Shown here one piece after another: positions 1-7,767 of a stretch of 64,000 bases of DNA (positions are counted from its first letter, which is position 1; each line of letters opens with the position of its first letter). Made by a program: the position numbers and the translations under genes. Source of the stretch: Candidatus Shapirobacteria bacterium (lineage in GTDB: Bacteria > Patescibacteriota > Microgenomatia > UBA12405); NCBI GenBank assembly GCA_028704885.1, contig JAQWEN010000001.1:587107-651106 (forward strand), read 5' to 3'. The notes beneath the pieces were generated by a model. It did not search any database. It was given only the letters and a program-made list of their open reading frames with translations, and had not been told where the DNA came from.

Positions 1-1
1 A

Positions 2-148
2 AAAGAAAAAGGAGTTCATGGAGATGACGTGACTAGATTGTATAACGAAGGAGAATTTAATAAAATTGCTGATTATGTGGCTAGAGATGCAGTAGCTACA
101 ACCGAATTATATTTAATTTGGAAAAATTACATGAGCGGACAAATCTAG
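2..148 (+). CDS. C-terminal fragment of a DnaQ/PolB-like 3'-5' exonuclease (partial, starts before window)
   Basis: Manual translation KEKGVHGDDVTRLYNEGEFNKIADYVARDAVATTELY..., with an ExoIII-like Y-x3-D motif. Confidence 0.6.
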   Translation, partial: KEKGVHGDDVTRLYNEGEFNKIADYVARDAVATTELYLIWKNYMSGQI

Positions 149-190
149 ATTGTCAGTTATTCAGACTATCAGTTAATCAAATAAATAAGA

Positions 191-355
191 ATGGATATAG
201 AAAATAAATACGAACAAGAATTATTTTTCCAAATTGAGGTGGAAAATAAAAAAGAAAAGCAAAGTCATAAACAAAAAAAGGTGGTTAAATTGGCGTCGGA
301 AAACTTAAAAAAAATGGTAATGGACAGATTAGAAGGAAAAACTGGTGAATGTTAA
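191..355 (+). CDS. small hypothetical protein (54 aa)
   Basis: Manual ORF MDIENKYEQELFF...KTGEC; fills the gap and converges on uppP. Confidence 0.4.
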   Translation: MDIENKYEQELFFQIEVENKKEKQSHKQKKVVKLASENLKKMVMDRLEGKTGEC

Positions 356-1080
356 AAAACAAAAAATAAGACTAAAGATAGGATAAAGGTGTAGATTCCA
401 AAAATCCAGAATTTTTTGCTGACTAAAACTTTTTTAAGAATCCCTAGAGTAAAAATCCCAACAATAAAAGTAAGTATAAAGGCTAATAAATATTGGGTGT
501 TAAAAAGACCGGCAGTTGATAAATCTTTGGCACTTAGAATAAGAGCTCCAAAAGAAGCGGGAATAAAAAGACAGAAGGAAAATTTGAAAGCTTGGGTAGT
601 GGAAAAACCTAATAAAAGGGCAGCAAAAATGGTAGCACCGGCTCGGGAGACCCCCGGTAAAATGGCGACGGCTTGAAAAATACCAATAATAAGGGCTTTT
701 TTATAATCTAATTTAGAATCTTTTGATTTAAAAAATTTGGTGGAAAAAACAAAAACAGAACTTAAAATAAAGAAAAATGGTAAAAGATTAATATTAGAAA
801 AAAGAGTGTCAATTTGATCTTTAAATAAAATTCCAACTAGAGCAGCCGGAATTGAGGCAACTATAATAAATTTTAGATTGGTGAAAAAATATTTGATTTG
901 ATTTCGAAAGAAAAAAAGAACTGATAAAAAAGTAGCAGTATTGAGAAAAATATCGAGAGTAAGAGATGGAGTTAGCCTTAAAAAATATTGAGCTAAATTA
1001 AGGTGACCAGAGGAAGAAATTGGTAAAAATTCAGCAACACCTTGGATGATGCTTAATATAATTGTTTGGATTAAAGACAT
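352..1080 (-). CDS. uppP: undecaprenyl-diphosphate phosphatase
   Basis: QGVAEFLPISSSGHL and PGVSRAGAT motifs, multi-TM. Confidence 0.95.
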   Translation of the reverse strand: MSLIQTIILSIIQGVAEFLPISSSGHLNLAQYFLRLTPSLTLDIFLNTATFLSVLFFFRNQIKYFFTNLKFIIVASIPAALVGILFKDQIDTLFSNINLLPFFFILSSVFVFSTKFFKSKDSKLDYKKALIIGIFQAVAILPGVSRAGATIFAALLLGFSTTQAFKFSFCLFIPASFGALILSAKDLSTAGLFNTQYLLAFILTFIVGIFTLGILKKVLVSKKFWIFGIYTFILSLVLFFVF

Positions 1081-1122
1081 AAAATATAATAACAGAAGAG
1101 TCGTTAAAATTAATAAATTTAA

Positions 1123-1151
1123 TTGACATTATAGGTTATTTTTGATAGAAT
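1123..1151 (+). promoter_or_regulatory. sigma70 promoter of orphan cassette 1
   Basis: TTGACA-17 nt-TAGAAT with TGn extension. Confidence 0.75.
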
Positions 1152-1299
1152 CTGCCTTGTTGATCGAATAAAATTGATCGAACATTAACATCGTAACTAA
1201 TCAATATTGCGTTGAAAAAGTTGCAAAGAAAAAAAATAAAGCAGCAAAGCTGTTTTTAGATATAGAGACAACAAAAAAACAATAAGGAGGATATTATTT

Positions 1300-1539
1300 G
1301 TGGAAATAATGACGATGGAAGAAAAAAGTGATGATAAAATCGAACCTAGTTTCCTTGAGGTTTATTGTCAGCTTGGATTTTTTATCAAGGAGTGTTCTGT
1401 TGCTCCTAGTAGTTTTATTGCTTCCATAAGAATAAAGATCGAACATACTCAAGATCCAACGGAAATGATGGAAGTGATTAAAAAATACAAAAGTGTATTG
1501 GAGGAAATCAAAAAAACTTATGTAAAGGAGAAAATATAA
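1300..1539 (+). CDS. orphan hypothetical protein (79 aa)
   Basis: GTG start preceded by AAGGAGG; coupled to the next ORF via TAATG. Confidence 0.6.
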   Translation: MEIMTMEEKSDDKIEPSFLEVYCQLGFFIKECSVAPSSFIASIRIKIEHTQDPTEMMEVIKKYKSVLEEIKKTYVKEKI

Positions 1540-1781
1540 TGTTGAACATGCTGAGAATTGCTAAATTAAAGAAAATGATTCTCAGGTTCGAAAAAATTGA
1601 CAAAATTGCTCCGCTAATCAGAAAATGTCACTTCTTACCGAAAGGATTGGGAAATAAATTTCTAGATCTTCAAAAGGAATACTCATTCTATTTGTTTGGG
1701 TACTCGGTTAACGACGGTTACGGATCGGAATATTCCCTTAGACAAAAAATTGGAAAAATACGACAGCTTCTTGCTGATTAA
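1539..1781 (+). CDS. orphan hypothetical protein (80 aa, basic)
   Basis: AAGGAG upstream, TAATG overlap. Confidence 0.6.
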   Translation: MLNMLRIAKLKKMILRFEKIDKIAPLIRKCHFLPKGLGNKFLDLQKEYSFYLFGYSVNDGYGSEYSLRQKIGKIRQLLAD

Positions 1782-1786
1782 AAATG

Positions 1787-1845
1787 GCGGTCAGGATGAC
1801 GAATTTTACCCTCGGGTAATTTTCTTTTGTCTCTGACCGCTTTTT
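1787..1845 (+). terminator. long two-tier hairpin + T tract (copy 1 of GCGGTC...TACCYTCGGGTA...GACCGC element)
   Basis: GCGGTCA/TGACCGC outer stem, TACC-CTCG-GGTA apical stem-loop, followed by T5. Confidence 0.75.
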
Positions 1846-1867
1846 CTTGGAAAATTTAGATAAAACA

Positions 1868-1896
1868 TTGATAAATTAGGTTAATATTGATACTAT
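1868..1896 (+). promoter_or_regulatory. sigma70 promoter of orphan cassette 2
   Basis: TTGATA-17 nt-TACTAT with TGn; spacer carries TAGGTTA at the same offset as cassette 1. Confidence 0.65.
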
Positions 1897-1989
1897 GGGG
1901 TATAAATAACAAAGTTTAGACGACTAGTGCCTTAATGGAGTTTTTATATAAATGTTCTTTGAAAGAGATGAGAAAGGAGGAGATGAAAA

Positions 1990-2079
1990 ATGCCAGATTG
2001 GTTTTATTATTTAACCATGTTTCTGAGTTTGTTTGTGGTTATCTATCGTTTCCATGATTGGCAGAGAAAAAATCAATAA
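1990..2079 (+). CDS. small single-TM peptide (29 aa)
   Basis: Manual ORF MPDWFYYLTMFLSLFVVIYRFHDWQRKNQ, AAGGAGG 9 nt upstream. Confidence 0.55.
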   Translation: MPDWFYYLTMFLSLFVVIYRFHDWQRKNQ

Positions 2080-2105
2080 ATGTCTTTGGTGATTGGAGGA
2101 GCGAA

Positions 2106-2255
2106 ATGGATGCTGTTTATGTTTCTATATTGGCAATATTGACTTGTGTCATTATCGAAATAATCAGATTGTTTATCGAAAAAGTAAAACAACACAAACA
2201 ACAAAAACATTTTTTATTATCCTTGGAAAAAAAGAGGAGAACAAGTGGAGTTTAA
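2106..2255 (+). CDS. small single-TM protein with basic tail (49 aa)
   Basis: MDAVYVSILAILTCVIIEIIRLF...; GGAGG 6 nt upstream of ATG 2106 (the ORF track start at 2058 is less likely). Confidence 0.6.
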   Translation: MDAVYVSILAILTCVIIEIIRLFIEKVKQHKQQKHFLLSLEKKRRTSGV

Positions 2256-2266
2256 GGATCTTCGAG

Positions 2267-2322
2267 AAGCGGTCGAATGACCAAATTTACCTTCGGGTAC
2301 TTTTGACATTGACCGCTTTTTT
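2267..2322 (+). terminator. long two-tier hairpin + T tract (copy 2)
   Basis: AAGCGGTC/GACCGCTT outer stem, TACC-TTCG-GGTA apical loop, T6. Confidence 0.75.
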
Positions 2323-2470
2323 CATGTAATTAGTGGTAAAATAGGCCTATATTAATAATATATTATTAATAAAATTATTTCGGCTAATTTGAACGAAGCG
2401 TTCAAAAGAGACGATTTATATAGAAAGTTCTTTTAAATTTGAAGAAAATTAAAAAGAAAGGACAATAATT

Positions 2471-2791
2471 ATGTGGATTTATTTGCCTTGGATTTTGGTA
2501 GCAGTTTTTTTTATTCTTATTGGTTGGTGGATGGTTATGTTTCACCTTAACAAAAAAAGAGTTAAAAAACTGGTGTGGATGATTCTAAGTTTTAATGGAA
2601 AAGATTCGGAAACACGAGAAATTCGCGAATTAATTAAAAAATGTTATCTTTATCCATATAAAAACGAAATTGTTATCTTCTTTTTAACTCTTAAAGAGAA
2701 AGCTTACGATTGTGAAGATATTTTTAGATCCAATATTTTTATGGCTCAATATTTATTAATGAAACCAGTAGATAACGAGGTAGTTATTTAA
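2471..2791 (+). CDS. orphan membrane-anchored protein (106 aa)
   Basis: N-terminal TM helix then basic residues; GAAAGGA SD. Confidence 0.65.
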   Translation: MWIYLPWILVAVFFILIGWWMVMFHLNKKRVKKLVWMILSFNGKDSETREIRELIKKCYLYPYKNEIVIFFLTLKEKAYDCEDIFRSNIFMAQYLLMKPVDNEVVI

Positions 2792-2825
2792 AATTGGAGA
2801 AAATAATAAATAGGAGGATAAAAGA

Positions 2826-2960
2826 ATGGAAATGTGGTTGATTGTTTTTATTGCTATCGCTGTAATAATTTCTTTTATTTTTGTTTTTGTTTTGGCTTTA
2901 TGTAAGATATCTGGTGAGGCATCAAGGAAAGAAGAATCGATGGCAGAGAAGAAGAGGTAG
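2826..2960 (+). CDS. small single-TM protein (44 aa)
   Basis: Manual ORF MEMWLIVFIAIAVIISFIFVFVLALCKISGEASRKEESMAEKKR with AGGAGG SD. Confidence 0.65.
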   Translation: MEMWLIVFIAIAVIISFIFVFVLALCKISGEASRKEESMAEKKR

Positions 2961-2998
2961 TAAAAATAGAAAATGGCTGAAAAAGAAGTAAAAAGAAC

Positions 2999-3045
2999 AA
3001 AAACCGGCAGGAGTTTGCAAAAGCAAATTAGTGCCGGTTTTTTTT
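2999..3045. terminator. bidirectional long hairpin terminator (cassette 3 / rpsI)
   Basis: AAAAACCGGCA...TTTGC-AAAA-GCAAA...TGCCGGTTTTTTTT. Confidence 0.8.
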
Positions 3046-3053
3046 GGAAAAAA

Positions 3054-3467
3054 TTAACGCTTTGGAGATTGCTTTTGGCGTCGGGATTTACCACCAGTAC
3101 CGACCATTCTTCTTTCTTTGACTCGAGAATCGACAGTTAATAAACCAGTTGGTTTAATAATTGCTTTGAAAGATTCATTGATTTTAACTAGAGCTCGGCA
3201 AAGGGCGAGACTAAGAGCCTCAACTTGACCGGCTTTACCACCGCCAGTGATTTTAGTTTCAAAATGATACTTAGCAACAGTGTCAGTGACTAAAAATGGT
3301 CTATCGTAGGCAATTTGAGCAGTTTTTCCAGGAAAATATTTATCAGCTGAAATTTTATTGACAGTTGAATCCCCTTTTCCGGAAAATAATTTAACTGTAG
3401 CAACAGCAGCTTTTCTTCTACCAATTGCGTAAGTATAAGTGTTTGAAGTTATTTTTTTTGTAGCCAT
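3054..3467 (-). CDS. rpsI: 30S ribosomal protein S9
   Basis: GRRK, GGGKAGQ, QSPKR C-terminus. Confidence 0.97.
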   Translation of the reverse strand: MATKKITSNTYTYAIGRRKAAVATVKLFSGKGDSTVNKISADKYFPGKTAQIAYDRPFLVTDTVAKYHFETKITGGGKAGQVEALSLALCRALVKINESFKAIIKPTGLLTVDSRVKERRMVGTGGKSRRQKQSPKR

Positions 3468-3472
3468 AATCT

Positions 3473-3889
3473 TTATTTAGTGAATTTTTCGGCGAATTTA
3501 TGATCAGCGCCAACAAAAACTTTTAATCTAGTCATTCTGACATCTCTTAATTTATTTTTTGGCAACATACCGTAGACACCATGAGTAATTACCTGACGAG
3601 CATCTTTTCTCATGAGTTCACCAAGAGTGAGTTCTTTCAAGTGACCAGACCAGGCAGTGTGATGATAATAAACTTTTTGCTTTAATTTACGACCAGTAGT
3701 GACAATATCAGCAGCATTAATGGCAACAACATAATCACCATCATCTCGATGGTAAGAAAAATCAATTTTACCTTTGCCCATTAGTAATTGAGCAATTTCA
3801 GTACAAATACGACCTAAGGTTTTACCCTTAAGATCGACTAAATGCCAACTTCTTTCGACTTGGCTACCTTTTACAACTGTAGTTTTCAT
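3473..3889 (-). CDS. rplM: 50S ribosomal protein L13
   Basis: WHLVD..LGR, GDYVV, GMLPKN. Confidence 0.97.
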   Translation of the reverse strand: MKTTVVKGSQVERSWHLVDLKGKTLGRICTEIAQLLMGKGKIDFSYHRDDGDYVVAINAADIVTTGRKLKQKVYYHHTAWSGHLKELTLGELMRKDARQVITHGVYGMLPKNKLRDVRMTRLKVFVGADHKFAEKFTK

Positions 3890-4362
3890 TATTTGATCTC
3901 CTTTTTGGCTGCTTTAGTTTTTTTAGCAACAGTTTTTTTAACTTCTTTGTTTTCTTTCTTGACTTTGTTTTTAATATTTTCTTTTTTCTCAGGCAAAAAG
4001 TTGACAGTTTTGACGAAACTATATTTGACGATTAAAGCATCATCACCAAAACGTCGTTTGATTTTAGTAATGGTGGTAAAGTTTGATTTTTGATCACCAA
4101 AAACTGATTTGAAGTTAGAAACGACACGATTAACCCAAGTTTGATCTTGGAGAACTTTAAATAATTCTCTTTTGGCGGTTAATTCTTCTTTACTAATAAT
4201 AGTGTTAGCCAAAGCTTCTACCATAGGAATAATAGCTTTTACTTTTGCTTCAGTGGTTTCAATTGAACCATGAGTAAACATGGCTTTAGTTAAAGACTTT
4301 ATTAAAGCTTTTCTTTCATTAAAATTACGGCCTAATTTTTTTCCTGCCATTCGATGTCTCAT
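3889..4362 (-). CDS. rplQ: 50S ribosomal protein L17 (Lys-rich C-terminal extension)
   Basis: MRHR...LGR, IETTEAK, RRFGD. Confidence 0.95.
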   Translation of the reverse strand: MRHRMAGKKLGRNFNERKALIKSLTKAMFTHGSIETTEAKVKAIIPMVEALANTIISKEELTAKRELFKVLQDQTWVNRVVSNFKSVFGDQKSNFTTITKIKRRFGDDALIVKYSFVKTVNFLPEKKENIKNKVKKENKEVKKTVAKKTKAAKKEIK

Positions 4363-4365
4363 AGT

Positions 4366-5283
4366 TTATTTCCAAGTGAAGCCTCTTTCTTTTAACCAGG
4401 CATCGATAACTTTTAATGATTTTTCACCAACATTTTTAGCTTTGCTGACATCTAAACGACCGGCTTTGATTAAAGCATCGATAGTTGGATAACCAGCTTT
4501 CTTAAGAGCATTGGTAACTCTTAAAGGAAGTTCAATTTCTTCAACAGAAATATCACTACCGTGTGGATTTGGAGAAGCTAAAAGAGTAATAACTTCTTCT
4601 TCAAATTCTTTTGGATCGACAATTTGAGAAAAAGAACTAATTAAATCTTTAGCAGCCATTTTTAGTGCATGGAGAGGATCAACAGAACCGTCGGTCCAAA
4701 TTTCCATGGTTAATTTGTCGTAATTTGATTTTTTACCTAAACGAGTTGGCTCAACGGTATAATTAGTCTTAATAACTGGAGTAAATGAAGCATCGAGAAT
4801 TATTTCACCAACAATATCAGTTTTTTGTTCTTTAGCTAGAGTATAACCAACTCCTCTTTCAACAGTCAAAGACATTTTAATAGATGACTTATTGTCGGCA
4901 AGAGTAGCAATAACTTGATCTGGATTGGAAACTTTACATAAATCAGTATCAGTAATATCAGCAGCGGTAACGATTCCTGGACCTTTCTTTTCGAGAGTTA
5001 ATTCAATAGGTTCGTTTTGATTATATTCAAATTTAATTTTTTTAAGGTTTAAAGATACTTCAACTAAATCTTCTTTAACTCCAGGAAGAGTGGTAAAAAG
5101 GTGATTAGCACCATCAACTCTGATTTTGGTAATAGCAGCACCAGGAATGGTAATTAATAAAACGCGTCGCAAACTGTTTCCAAGAGTGTGACCGAAGCCA
5201 CCAACTAATGGACTAAGCTCGAACTTACCGTATTTTTCTTCTGTCTTTACGGTTTTGACATTAAACTTGTTTGTTTCGATCAT
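4366..5283 (-). CDS. rpoA: RNA polymerase subunit alpha
   Basis: GFGHTLGNSLRRVLL, PGVKED, alpha-CTD. Confidence 0.97.
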   Translation of the reverse strand: MIETNKFNVKTVKTEEKYGKFELSPLVGGFGHTLGNSLRRVLLITIPGAAITKIRVDGANHLFTTLPGVKEDLVEVSLNLKKIKFEYNQNEPIELTLEKKGPGIVTAADITDTDLCKVSNPDQVIATLADNKSSIKMSLTVERGVGYTLAKEQKTDIVGEIILDASFTPVIKTNYTVEPTRLGKKSNYDKLTMEIWTDGSVDPLHALKMAAKDLISSFSQIVDPKEFEEEVITLLASPNPHGSDISVEEIELPLRVTNALKKAGYPTIDALIKAGRLDVSKAKNVGEKSLKVIDAWLKERGFTWK

Positions 5284-5301
5284 TGTAGCTCCTTTTTTTT
5301 A

Positions 5302-5934
5302 TTATCTTGAATAATATTCAATTATTAAATTGACATCAATATCTTGGCCAATTTCTTCTCTAACTGGAGTAGAAATGACTTTGACAGTAAGGTTTTTTTT
5401 GTTTAAATCAAGCCACTGAGGGGCTTTAAAATCACTTTCCATGGCAGGAAGGACATCTTTATAGTTATTAATAGTTTTAGCGTCAAAACTGACTAAATCA
5501 CCAATTTTGGTTTCATAAGAGGAAATGTTGAGTTTTTTGCCATTAATTAGGACATGTTTATGACTGGTTAATTGTTTAGCTAAAGATCTGGACAAAACCA
5601 AACCTGATTTATAAAGAACATTATCCAAACGTTTTTCGAGAAGAATCATTAAATTGTCACCGACTAAGCCTTTGAGTTTTTTGGCTTTGAGATAATAGTT
5701 TTTAAATTGGGTTTCTTGGACACCGTAAATTCTTTTAGCTTTTTGTTTAGCACGAAGCTGAATACCGTAGTCAGTAGGCTTGCTGCCACCTTTGGCACCA
5801 TGCATACCTGGTTTAACAGCACCTTTCTTTTCGATTGGACACTTAGAAGAGTTGCAACGAACACCTTTCAAATAAAGTTTAGAACCAGCAGTTCGACAGA
5901 GTCGACATTTTGTATTTAAAGTAATTCTTGACAT
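5302..5934 (-). CDS. rpsD: 30S ribosomal protein S4
   Basis: CRLCR, YGIQLRAKQK, LEKRLDN, IEYYSR; start re-assigned to MSR at 5934. Confidence 0.96.
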   Translation of the reverse strand: MSRITLNTKCRLCRTAGSKLYLKGVRCNSSKCPIEKKGAVKPGMHGAKGGSKPTDYGIQLRAKQKAKRIYGVQETQFKNYYLKAKKLKGLVGDNLMILLEKRLDNVLYKSGLVLSRSLAKQLTSHKHVLINGKKLNISSYETKIGDLVSFDAKTINNYKDVLPAMESDFKAPQWLDLNKKNLTVKVISTPVREEIGQDIDVNLIIEYYSR

Positions 5935-5944
5935 ATTTTTTTGT

Positions 5945-6355
5945 TTAAACTCTTCTTTGTTTTGGAGGTCTTGGACCATTGTGAGGAATTGGAGTGATAT
6001 CAGAGATCATATCGACATCAAAATCTCTTTTGGTGCGAAGATATCTAAGAGCAGCATCCCGACCTGAACCTGGACCTTTCAAATAAACAGCTAATTTTTT
6101 AACACCATGTTTTTTGGCTTCTTCTAGGGTTTTTTCAATGGCAGTAGTAGCGGCATAAGGAGTAGATTTTCTGGCTCCTTTAAAACCACAGTTACCTGAA
6201 CTTGACCAGGCAACAGTTTTACCCTTGGAATCAGTAATAGTAACAATAGTATTATTAAAAGTTGATTGAATATAAAGTCGACCTTCAGCAATATTTTTAA
6301 ATGTTTTCTTTTTGACGACTGTATTAGTAGTTGTTTTAGTTTTTTGTTCTGCCAT
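5945..6355 (-). CDS. rpsK: 30S ribosomal protein S11
   Basis: STFNNTIVT, KSTPYAA, PIPHNG. Confidence 0.97.
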   Translation of the reverse strand: MAEQKTKTTTNTVVKKKTFKNIAEGRLYIQSTFNNTIVTITDSKGKTVAWSSSGNCGFKGARKSTPYAATTAIEKTLEEAKKHGVKKLAVYLKGPGSGRDAALRYLRTKRDFDVDMISDITPIPHNGPRPPKQRRV

Positions 6356-6366
6356 TTTTTTATTAA

Positions 6367-6786
6367 TTATTTATTACTATTGATGCTAGCGTCTTTTTGG
6401 GCGGTTTCAATTTTTGCCCAAGCTTCTTTGGTTAATGAACCGACAGTCTTTTTCTTACCTTTTCGGGTACGAGCATTGGTTTTGGTTCTTTGACCATGAC
6501 ATGGAAGACTAACAATGTGACGAATACCACGATAAGCTTTGATGGCTTTTAAACGATCAATGTTTTCGCGGATTTCTTTTTTAAGATCACCTTCGACTTT
6601 AAAACCTTCGAGAGCTTTCATTAAATTAGAGACATCGTCGCGAGACAAATCTTTAATTCTAGTATTTAAATCGATTTTGGCTTTTTTGGCCAATTCAATA
6701 ACATTGGTTCGACCAATGCCAAAGAAACGGGTTAAACCAATTTCGGCTCTTTCATTATCTGGAATTTCAACACCAACGATTCTCAT
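6367..6786 (-). CDS. rpsM: 30S ribosomal protein S13
   Basis: YRGIRH, GQRTKTNARTRKG. Confidence 0.97.
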   Translation of the reverse strand: MRIVGVEIPDNERAEIGLTRFFGIGRTNVIELAKKAKIDLNTRIKDLSRDDVSNLMKALEGFKVEGDLKKEIRENIDRLKAIKAYRGIRHIVSLPCHGQRTKTNARTRKGKKKTVGSLTKEAWAKIETAQKDASINSNK

Positions 6787-6792
6787 ATTTAA

Positions 6793-6906
6793 TTAACCCT
6801 GTTTTTGGGTATGTCTTTTGGTAGAACAAATAATACGTCGAACTCCTCGGCGGAGAACTACTTTACAGTTTTTACATCGACGTTTAATACTAGATTTTAC
6901 TTTCAT
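6793..6906 (-). CDS. rpmJ: 50S ribosomal protein L36
   Basis: Manual translation [37 protein letters not shown] (below the ORF-track cutoff). Confidence 0.95.
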   Translation of the reverse strand: MKVKSSIKRRCKNCKVVLRRGVRRIICSTKRHTQKQG

Positions 6907-6920
6907 ATAGGAACTTGGAT

Positions 6921-6949
6921 ATTGTAACCTAAAAAGTCAGCAATATCAA
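6921..6949 (-). promoter_or_regulatory. internal promoter for rpmJ-alpha operon
   Basis: TTGATA-17 nt-TACAAT on the minus strand. Confidence 0.6.
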
Positions 6950-6963
6950 AGAGTAAATTTAAT

Positions 6964-7167
6964 TTATATGCGATAGACAATTCTGCCCTTCTCTCCTTCT
7001 GGACTAAGGACTAAAGAAACATTGTCTCCAGCCATAACTCGGATGTGATGCATCCTAAGTTTGCCGGCTAAATGAGCAATAATGTCATTGCCATTTTCGA
7101 GTTTAACTCGATATAAGGAATTAGGCAAGACTTCGGTTATTTGACCTCTGACGGTTGGTTCTTTCAA
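6964..7167 (-). CDS. infA: translation initiation factor IF-1
   Basis: EVLPNS.YRV.LENG, GKLRMHHIRV, GRIVYR; TTG start overlapping the adk stop. Confidence 0.93.
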   Translation of the reverse strand: MKEPTVRGQITEVLPNSLYRVKLENGNDIIAHLAGKLRMHHIRVMAGDNVSLVLSPEGEKGRIVYRI

Positions 7168-7751
7168 TTTTGAGGTAAACTATTAACTTTTTGACAGATG
7201 TCTTCGAAAATTGGTTCGATAGGACGATTACCATTGACTCTAAATAAGAGATTTTTGGCTTGGAAATAATCCATAATTAAACCATTGTTATCGTCGTAAA
7301 ATTTTTGACGAGCAGCCATGGCCTCTGGAGTATTGTCGGTACGAGCGGCATCTTGAAATTCAACACCTCTGGCGGCGCGACGAGCTTGAATTTCCTCAAA
7401 GGTAACATCGAGATGAATAATTAGATCTAGAGGTTGATTTTGAGATGATAAATAATTTTCAATAAATTGACCTTGACTTAGCATTCGAGGGAAACCGTCA
7501 ATAATAAAATTTTGATTATTAATTTTGGTTAAATTAGTAGTTAAAATAGTAAACAAAATCTCGTCTGGAACCAAATTTCCGCCATCGATATAGGATTTAG
7601 CTTTTAAACCAAGTTCGGAATTTGCGGCTATTTCGTCTCGAAGAAGTTGACCAGTTGAATAGTGGGTTAAATTATATTTTTCAGCAATAAGTTTGGCCTG
7701 AGTGGATTTACCACAGCCTGATGGACCAATTATGAATAGATTTAGAGCCAT
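7164..7751 (-). CDS. adk: adenylate kinase (short LID)
   Basis: GPSGCGKSTQA, STGQLLR, IDGFPR; position after secY. Confidence 0.92.
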   Translation of the reverse strand: MALNLFIIGPSGCGKSTQAKLIAEKYNLTHYSTGQLLRDEIAANSELGLKAKSYIDGGNLVPDEILFTILTTNLTKINNQNFIIDGFPRMLSQGQFIENYLSSQNQPLDLIIHLDVTFEEIQARRAARGVEFQDAARTDNTPEAMAARQKFYDDNNGLIMDYFQAKNLLFRVNGNRPIEPIFEDICQKVNSLPQN

Positions 7752-7767
7752 TTTTTTTAATTAATAA

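Noticed and set aside
149-180. TCAG recurring with an 8-nt period
   Set aside because: Too short and degenerate to call a repeat element.
1983-2057. Alternative ORF MKNARLVLL... from ATG 1983
   Set aside because: Only 2 nt from the GGAGG; ATG 1990 has proper spacing and gives a TM peptide like its neighbours.
1787-3045. Integron with attC sites
   Set aside because: The hairpins lack RYYYAAC/GTTRRRY ends, no integrase is nearby, and the cassettes carry their own promoters.
2756-3094. 112-aa minus-strand ORF, and a plus-strand ATG at 2973
   Set aside because: Both cross the bidirectional terminator and overlap better-supported genes.
7164-7167. UGA recoding (genetic code 25)
   Set aside because: Long genes are open under code 11, and TGA ends adk and other ORFs at expected positions.
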